Shown piece after piece: positions 21,917 to 28,049 of a DNA stretch of 28,049 bases. Under the pieces are notes generated by a model. The model ran no database searches and was not told the DNA's origin. It saw nothing but the letters and a program-made list of their open reading frames with translations. The first letter of the stretch is position 1; each line of letters starts with the position of its first letter. The stretch covers positions 83,541,344 through 83,569,392 of the forward strand of contig NC_057711.1 of the NCBI RefSeq assembly GCF_004010195.1, given 5' to 3'. The stretch comes from Chiloscyllium plagiosum (Eukaryota). The translations under genes were made by a program, and so were the position numbers.

Positions 21917-22934
21917 CATATTTAGATTAGATAGTGTAGGTAAACAATCACAGATTATGTTTTCGAAAGTATGTTTATTGAGTGTTGTGCAGGTAGAAGC
22001 ATTGGTCGGAATTTAATGTCCTCTCCTGAGACAAGTTTAGTGGTGATGGGCATTTATTAGACGGGAGATTGTATGTGAGGATACTGACACCATCCTATTT
22101 CCACCTCAATCAAGTTGGTGTCAGGAAGGCCTATGGATTGTCTTCCTCACTGGCAATTAATATCTACTTCAGGGTTCATCCCACTGGTGTTGATATTAAC
22201 CCAACAGTGAACGCAGGGTTCGCTATGCCACTGGAACATGCAACAAGTGTGGGGTTGAGTGTGACCTCGCAGGGGTCTCATCTCTTCAGGTGATACTGTG
22301 CCTGATCAAGGAACCTGATCAAGGAACCAAGGAAGAGGGTGCAGAGCCAGCCTGCCCTGCGGTATGCTGTCTGCGTTGCCTTTGACTTGGGATCCAGTGA
22401 CAACCTTAAACCTTGAGAGGTTGTTCTACTGGCAGCCAGCATTGTCTGCCCATAGCTGGTAGGTGTAGGCAGGAATAATTTCCCCTCCCATGGTCCTTAA
22501 CTCAGGGATGGCTTATTGCTGACTAGAGTAGCATATAATTAAGCAGTATTTCTGAAGAAGGTAAAGTGAGGCTCTCAGATCTCCATCCCCTCCATTAATT
22601 ATTATCTACTGTGGTTTTAGTTTAATTTTGTGCTCATTAAGGAAATATGTACTGGTAATGGCATTACTGTTTCACTTTGTGTCATCTTGCATTAATGTGA
22701 GTTATTCCAAACCTGGAGTAACGTTTAAAGTATTAAATTGTAGCATGAAACTCTCCTTCTTCCATATTGACAAGAGAATGTCTTACTAATTTTATTAAGT
22801 CAGCTTAACAAGTATTGGGCAGATTTTCTCAGTGAAGTCCAGAAACTAGATTGTGATCACCTTGGTCTAATTTCAGATCACCCTTCACGCACAAGAGATG
22901 GAGGAAACATTTGTGTTGGCTTTCTATGTTCTAG

Positions 22935-23039
22935 TTCAATGTTGATTGAAGAAATTAAAAGGCAATAGGTTAACCAACTGGAAAAAAGCATTCCCCCATG
23001 GAGCAAAGAATTTATCAAGATCATCGTTATTACAACACG
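22935..23039 (+). other. Candidate exon (possibly 5' UTR)
   Basis: Acceptor tttctatgttctag and donor ACG|gtatga in non-repetitive sequence. There are stops in all three frames from this acceptor, so it is non-coding if real. Confidence 0.25.
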
Positions 23040-23349
23040 GTATGAAGCTTAAAACAAACTTCACAGTATTGACCTTTTTCATATATTCTTTACACTGCAC
23101 TGGCCAATATTTACTCATTAACAATACTACTAAGCCAGATTATCTTGTCCTTATTACATCACTCCTTATGGAATCTTCGTAAATTCAAATTAGCTCCTGC
23201 ATTTCCTAGGTTATAACTTCAGCTCAAATGTTCGATATATACTTGAGTGGTTAATCACATGTTCAAGTCAATCCCTGACTTTTGGCAAAAGCTGTTATTA
23301 ATTTCTCTTGTGCCTAACAACTAGGTCAATGACCACATTTTTGTAGAAT

Positions 23350-23811
23350 GTTGTTGTGGTTCTGTTCGCCGAGCTGGGAATTTGTGTTGCGGACGTTTCA
23401 TCCCCTGTCTAGGTGACATCCTCAGTGCTTGGGAGCCTCCTGTGAAGCGCTTCTGTGATCTTTCCTCCGGCATTTATAATGGTTTGTCTCTGTCGCTTCC
23501 GGTTATCAGTTCCAGCTGTCCACTGTAGTGGTTGGTATATTGGGTCCAGGTCGATGTGCTTATTGATTGAATCTGTGGATGAGTGCCATGCCTCTAGGAA
23601 TTCCCTGGCTGTTCCAACGGACAGCTGGAACTGACAACCGGAAGCGGCAGAGACAAACCACTAAAATGCCGGAAGAAGCGCTTCACAGGAGGCTCCCAAG
23701 CACTGAGGATGTCACCTAGACAGGGGACGAAACGTCTGCAACACAAATTCCCAGCTCGGTGAACCGAACCACAACAACAAGCACCTGAGCTACAAATCGT
23801 CTCACAAATTA
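23350..23811 (+). mobile_element. Family C Penelope-like fold-back insertion with 8-bp TSD
   Basis: Inverted arms at about 23350-23521 and 23619-23778, tail to 23811. The spacer contains the reverse-strand end of the endonuclease (TAREFLEAWHSSTDSINKHIDLDPIY). tgtagaat at 23342-23349 and 23812-23819. Confidence 0.9.
23700..23739 (+). ncRNA. Minimal type I hammerhead ribozyme motif, intact core
   Basis: gca CTGAGGA t GTC a CCT agac AGG g GAC GAAA c GTC tgc: stem I gca/tgc, stem II GTC/GAC plus CCT/AGG, loopless stem III, GUC cleavage triplet at 23734-23736. Confidence 0.7.
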
Positions 23812-23829
23812 TGTAGAATTTTTTTTATG

Positions 23830-24427
23830 ATGCATCTATCTGGATGCATCACGGCTTGTTACAACTGCTTTGCCCAGGACTGTAATAAAATACAAAGAGT
23901 TCTGAACACAGCCCACACCTTCAAGCAAGCCAAACATCCATCCAATGTCTCTATCTATACATCTCATTGCCTCAGCAAGGCAGCCAACATAATCAAAGAC
24001 CCCTCCCACCCCACATATAATCTCTTCCAACCCCTTTCTGTCAGGCAGAATTTACAAAAGCTCTATCTATACATCTCATTGCCTCAGCAAGGCAGCCAAC
24101 ATAATCAAAGACCCCTCCCACCCACTTATAATCTCTTCCAACCCCTTTCTGTCAGGCAGAATTTACAAAAGCTTAAACATGTGTACCAGCAGATTCAAGA
24201 ACAGCTTCTTCCCTGCTGTTATTAGACTTCTGAATGAAACTCTCAAATTTCAAATCTAATGTTGATCTTGCTTTTTGTGTACCTTCTTTGCAGCCATAAC
24301 TTTGTACTTCTTGCTCTGTTCAATCACCCTATGAACTTTGCGTAGTATGATTTGCCCGTACTGGGTGCAAAACAAAACTGTTCACTGTACTTAGATACTT
24401 GTGACAATAATAAATCAAATCAAATCA
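23830..24427 (+). mobile_element. Rex1/Babar-type LINE 3' fragment
   Basis: LSGCITACYNCFAQDCNKIQRVLNTA..SIYTSHCLSKAANIIKDPSHP..LFQPL, later RFKNSFFPAVIRLLN. Tail aataaatcaaatcaaatca. Confidence 0.85.
23949..24171 (+). repeat. 112-bp tandem duplication inside the Rex/Babar fragment
   Basis: ctctatctatacatc...atttacaaaag at 23949-24060 and 24061-24171, nearly identical. Confidence 0.95.
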
Positions 24428-24769
24428 TAATGCAAAAAATCTAAACTGTTTATATTCACTACTACTCATCACTGAATTCAAATCGCCCAGGTGCAAACCT
24501 GTTTGATCAAGTCATGGAATGGCACATCATTGGAGCAACCTCTCAGCTTCTTGAGTTAACTCATACTTTGAGCTCCATTCGTGCAACTTTGGGAGATAGG
24601 GTGAGTGGGAACAGTTTCTGACCTGACAACATTGTGATAATGAGCTGATGGGAGAAAGTGAATTTTAATTTCTTCTAACTATTAGTTGTGCAAAAGTTTG
24701 ACTAGGACATGACAAGATCTGTAATTTATAGAATGTAAAGAAATTGGGACAGCTTTTCATTTTAGTTTT

Positions 24770-25060
24770 TTTTGTGTCCTGAGAAATGGACATCACTAGC
24801 TCAGCCAGCATTTATTTCCCACTCTAAATGTCCTTGAGAAGATGAATTGCTTTCGTCACTGACGTTTGTGTGGGGTAGGTACATCCGCATTGCTGTCAAG
24901 GACGGAGTTCCAAGATTTTGATTCGGCAACACTCAAGAAGCAGTGTTTCAACTCCAGGTCAGGCTGGTAATTGACTAGGAGCACTTTTAGTTGTAGGTAT
25001 TCCCATCTGCCTCCTGCCTGAGCCCTTTTTAGTTAGCTGGGATAGTCGTTTTGAAAGGTA
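24770..25060 (-). mobile_element. Old CR1-clade LINE 3' end
   Basis: gccagcatttatttccc..ccttgagaag..gtaggtacatcc..ggagttccaagattttga..caggtcaggctggt..ggtattcccatc. Related to 9900-10330. Confidence 0.6.
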
Positions 25061-25334
25061 TGTTCGGGTGGTCCTGAAAAGGTGTAATATTAATGTAATG
25101 CTTTGTTTAGGAAAGAAGATGATAGCAATAGAGTCCTATTTTAATTAATAGGAGAGTCTTAGCTGCCAACAGGTTTTGGCAGACATTGTTGGTTTGAATT
25201 AGCTTCCCATACATACTTGACAGGATGAGGTCATGCTTATTTCAACCAGCATTAGAACTATGCTGTTCAATTTCTGCTGACCTGAAGGGTATTTTCAGCT
25301 TCCTTCTATCTTTTGTGCTGGCCTTCATCTGTAG

Positions 25335-25395
25335 GCAATGCCTGCTCCGCACCGAAATTGCAGTCACTGTTGAATCTCAATGATAAGATTGAACT
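25335..25395 (+). other. Candidate 61-bp exon
   Basis: Long pyrimidine tract ending ccttcatctgtag and donor ACT|gtgagt. The only open frame reads NACSAPKLQSLLNLNDKIE (phase 1 to 2). Could be UTR. Confidence 0.35.
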
Positions 25396-25545
25396 GTGAG
25401 TTAGTACCATATCAGCTTTGATATCACATATCAGTCCCTGGAGACACAATGAAATTGGAAACAGCAGGATCTGTGGTGCCTTTCTGGTGACAAGTATCCC
25501 AGGGAGTTGATCTGCAACTACCTAATGCTAAATCTATATAGTGCC

Positions 25546-25850
25546 AGGCAACATGGTGATTCAGTGGTTAGCACTGCTGCCTCATGGCACCAGGGAAGCA
25601 GGTTCAAATATCTGGGTTGGTTTCTGCCGAATGTTCCAGTTGCCTTCCATAATCCAATGTTGTACAAATTATATGGGTTGGCCATGCTAAATTGTCTGTA
25701 GTGTCTATAGATATACAGGCTAGTTGGTTTAGCCATAGTAAGTGTAAGATTACTGGGTCAGATAGATGGGGGGGATACTGTTTGGGGGGTTGGTACACAC
25801 ACTTGGTGGGCTGAATGACCTCCTTCCATGCTGTAGGGTTTCTATGATTA
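25546..25850 (+). mobile_element. Degenerate HE1-type SINE
   Basis: ggtgattcagtggttagcactgctgcctca..ggttcaaat..ggccatgctaaattg..gggctgaatgacctccttccatgctgtagggtttctatga. Confidence 0.85.
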
Positions 25851-26280
25851 TCTAAAAGTCAGTCCAGGAAAATTATACAAATGCTAGTCCTCATCATGCC
25901 TGACTTATAGGTGAAAAATGGGAGTTGATAGAACCAACTTCTAATCATGAGCTTTCTTTTTGGATTCTACTGGAGGTACCCCACCTTCCAAAATAGCAAC
26001 TGCAACTTTCACGTGGCTTGACTCCTTACTTTCAATTGATTAAACCCCTTGAATATGCTAATCAAGGGCCTATGCATGTTTTCAGATCCTGAGTGTATAT
26101 TCACTCCTCTCAATTATTCTATTTCTCTTGAGGTATCATGAACATGTAGTTATATTAAATATTTAGTAAAGAATAGACACAAGCAGTCTGACAAAATGAC
26201 TTCCAGAAGTCACTCCTGTGGATTCAGTTGGTGCTGGAATTAGATTGTGATTATCTCAAGAAGAAATCTCAAGAGATTGT

Positions 26281-26600
26281 GGGTGGCACGGTGGCACAGT
26301 GGTTAGCACTGCTGCCTCACAGCGCCAGAGACCCGGGTTCAACTCCCGCCTCAGGCGACTCTCTGTGTGGAGTTTGCACATTCTCCCCGTGGCTGCGTGG
26401 GTTTCCTCCGGGTGCTCCGGTTTCCTCCCACAATCCAAAAAATGTGCAGGTTAGGTGAATTGGCCATGCTAAATTGCCCGTAGTGTTAGGTGAAGGGGTA
26501 AACGTAGGAGTATCGGTCTGGGTGGTATACGCTTCGGCGGGTCGGTGTGGACTTGATGGGCCGAAAGGCCTGTTTCCACACTGTAAGTAATCTAATCTAA
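26281..26600 (+). mobile_element. Young full-length HE1-type tRNA-derived SINE
   Basis: A box tggcacagtgg (26292-26302), B box gggttcaactccc (26335-26347), conserved core, many retained CpGs, tail taatctaatctaa. Confidence 0.93.
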
Positions 26601-26726
26601 AAAAGATCCTTTGACATTTAATGAAGATTTCCCAGGGTGAACAGAAACACCTTGAAATCCCTGTAGGTGTAAATAGCTCTTTTGATCTCATCAATACTCT
26701 GACAGAATGACTACCTAAACTCATGA

Positions 26727-26889
26727 ACATGGTGCTGGAAAACTGCAGCAGGTCAGGCAGCATCCGAGGAGCAGGAAAATCGATGTTTCGGGCAAAAGCC
26801 CTTCATCAGGGCTGCCTGACCTGCTGTGCGTTTCCAGCACCACACTCTCAACTCTAATCTCCAGCATCTGCAGTCCTCACTTTCGCCTA
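26727..26889 (+). mobile_element. Family A palindromic element, asymmetric deletion, 16-bp TSD
   Basis: ctacctaaactcatga at 26711-26726 and 26887-26902. Minus-strand core CTGATGA a GGGC tttt GCCC GAAA c ATC gatt (26778-26809). Tail on the right. Confidence 0.9.
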
Positions 26890-27818
26890 CCTAAACTCAT
26901 GACTGAGACCATTCAAAGATTAATTCCCATTAGGGCTTCTTCTTTTGGCCTTATAATGACATTGCAGGCTGTTGCCCAATCACCTTCCTTCCTCCTAGCT
27001 TTTACCTGCAACCTATTGGAAACTGAGACTGGACAATTTTGAGAAAGCTCCAACAAATAAGCTAGACCTGAGCAATCGTGACCCAAAGTCCAATTTTCAG
27101 TGAACTTCACTCCTTTATCTTCAATTGTGTTTAACAAGTTTGCTATCCACAGCATGTAATTTTCTGGCCGCTATTAACAGCACAGAAAATTATTAGAATT
27201 AATATTTTCTATGCATAGCTGGAAGAAAAATGGAGAAATGTTTATTATTTCCATATTATCTCTTGGATACATTGGCACTTATGTCAATAGCAGCAAATAG
27301 AAAACAAAACAGTGCAACCAGCCTTGACAAATATTGATTGTGATCCTAGAGTAGTTGAAACCGCAGTTGCTCAAAACATTTCCAAACTTTTTGTTCATTG
27401 TCTCCGTTCCCCAGCCTTGCTGTTTCAAAAGCTGTCAGTGCAACATCCCTACAATAGTTTCAGTGACCTTCAAAGTGAATAGGATGCTTTGAATTTAGCA
27501 CCTTGCAAGTTGCAGATTGGAATGGCAGCAACAACATGAGGAATCATCCTCTGTTTGGCACCTTCTCTGGCTGAAACTAAGAATTTAGTGGAAGATGTAG
27601 GTTGAATTTTTATTTCTGCTCTAACTGTTGGCTAGAAGATAAGAACTATCTAATTCATTCACCAGGATGCCTCATCCTGCCTTCTAATGTAAACCATATG
27701 GACTTTGTTATTCTTAAACGTATTGGTTAGAGGTCTGTTTTCAAACTGTTGCTATCAACCAACTCAGTTGGAACATTCAAAACATAACAAACATAATAAA
27801 TATATTTACTTTGCAGCC

Positions 27819-28049
27819 ATGCAGCCTCCACGATCACCGCCCAGACAATCGCCTCCACGATCGCCAGGAAGACCATCGCCGACAGATTCGCGGCCTCCAC
27901 GGAGTCCACGGCTATCAGGAACAACACCGTTTCTGCTGTCGCCACAGCCACTTCCGCCCCCGGGGTTGCCATTGCCGCAGCCACTTCCGCCCCCAGTGAC
28001 ATCACTCACCTGCACTACCACCACGCCGCATGCGTCTCCGCCCCCACGC
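27819..28049 (+). CDS. Pro/Ser/Arg-rich coding exon of an unidentified host gene (runs off window; ATG may be internal or the start)
   Basis: Acceptor tttactttgcag at 27816 coincides with an abrupt AT-to-GC shift, followed by gccATG. 77 open codons: MQPPRSPPRQSPPRSPGRPSPTDSRPPRSPRLSGTTPFLLSPQPLPPPGLPLPQPLPPPVTSLTCTTTTPHASPPPR. Internal repeats differ only synonymously in this frame. Confidence 0.65.
   Translation, partial: MQPPRSPPRQSPPRSPGRPSPTDSRPPRSPRLSGTTPFLLSPQPLPPPGLPLPQPLPPPVTSLTCTTTTPHASPPPR

Noticed and set aside
22010..22580. GC-elevated stretch resembling a decayed MITE, with a 13-bp tandem duplication near 22301-22326
   Set aside because: No terminal inverted repeats or TSD could be identified by eye, so no feature was called.
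26281..26350. tRNA gene (also at 5623 and 25546)
   Set aside because: The A/B boxes continue into a SINE core and LINE-like tail, and no complete cloverleaf was evident.
27415..27474. Plus-strand 60-bp exon after a strong acceptor (LLFQKLSVQHPYNSFSDLQ)
   Set aside because: The donor AAA|gtgaat is weak and the phase does not fit the 25335-25395 candidate. Insufficient support.
27727..28024. ORFs 27727..28005 (-), 27806..28024 (-) and 27811..27999 (+)
   Set aside because: Shadow frames of the GC-rich Pro-rich exon.
27940..28049. Minus-strand CpG-island promoter or first exon (CAG|gtgagt at 28010/28009, two GGGGCGGAAGTGG ETS/Sp-like motifs, gcatgcg)
   Set aside because: Not excluded, but the motifs are explained by CCA CTT CCG CCC codons. 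The GC shift starts exactly at a + strand acceptor and repeat variation is synonymous in the + frame.

Overview
Eukaryotic, repeat-dense vertebrate DNA. The repeat content (HE1-type tRNA SINEs, CR1/HER1-type LINEs, Penelope-like elements) points to a cartilaginous fish, probably a shark; this is an inference. Most of the window is a nested pile of decayed transposons: several CR1 LINE fragments, two degenerate Gypsy internal remnants, two solo LTRs, tRNA-derived SINEs (one with a 9-unit internal 51-bp array), a Rex/Babar LINE 3' end and a probable Harbinger Myb/SANT remnant. The most striking signal is the density of Penelope-derived pieces from four sequence-distinct families, each carrying a minimal hammerhead-ribozyme core (CTGANGA-stem II-GAAA..NUH). 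Many are short fold-back palindromes with a ~35-nt one-sided tail and 8-16 bp target-site duplications, and two sit in or against earlier insertions. Most listed ORFs are repeat-derived or spurious. The best host-gene signal is a plus-strand Pro/Ser/Arg-rich coding exon starting at 27817 and running off the window (not in the ORF track), with weaker upstream candidate exons. I could not identify the gene. No CRISPR, rRNA or true tRNA genes were seen. All family assignments are from recalled motifs, not database searches.
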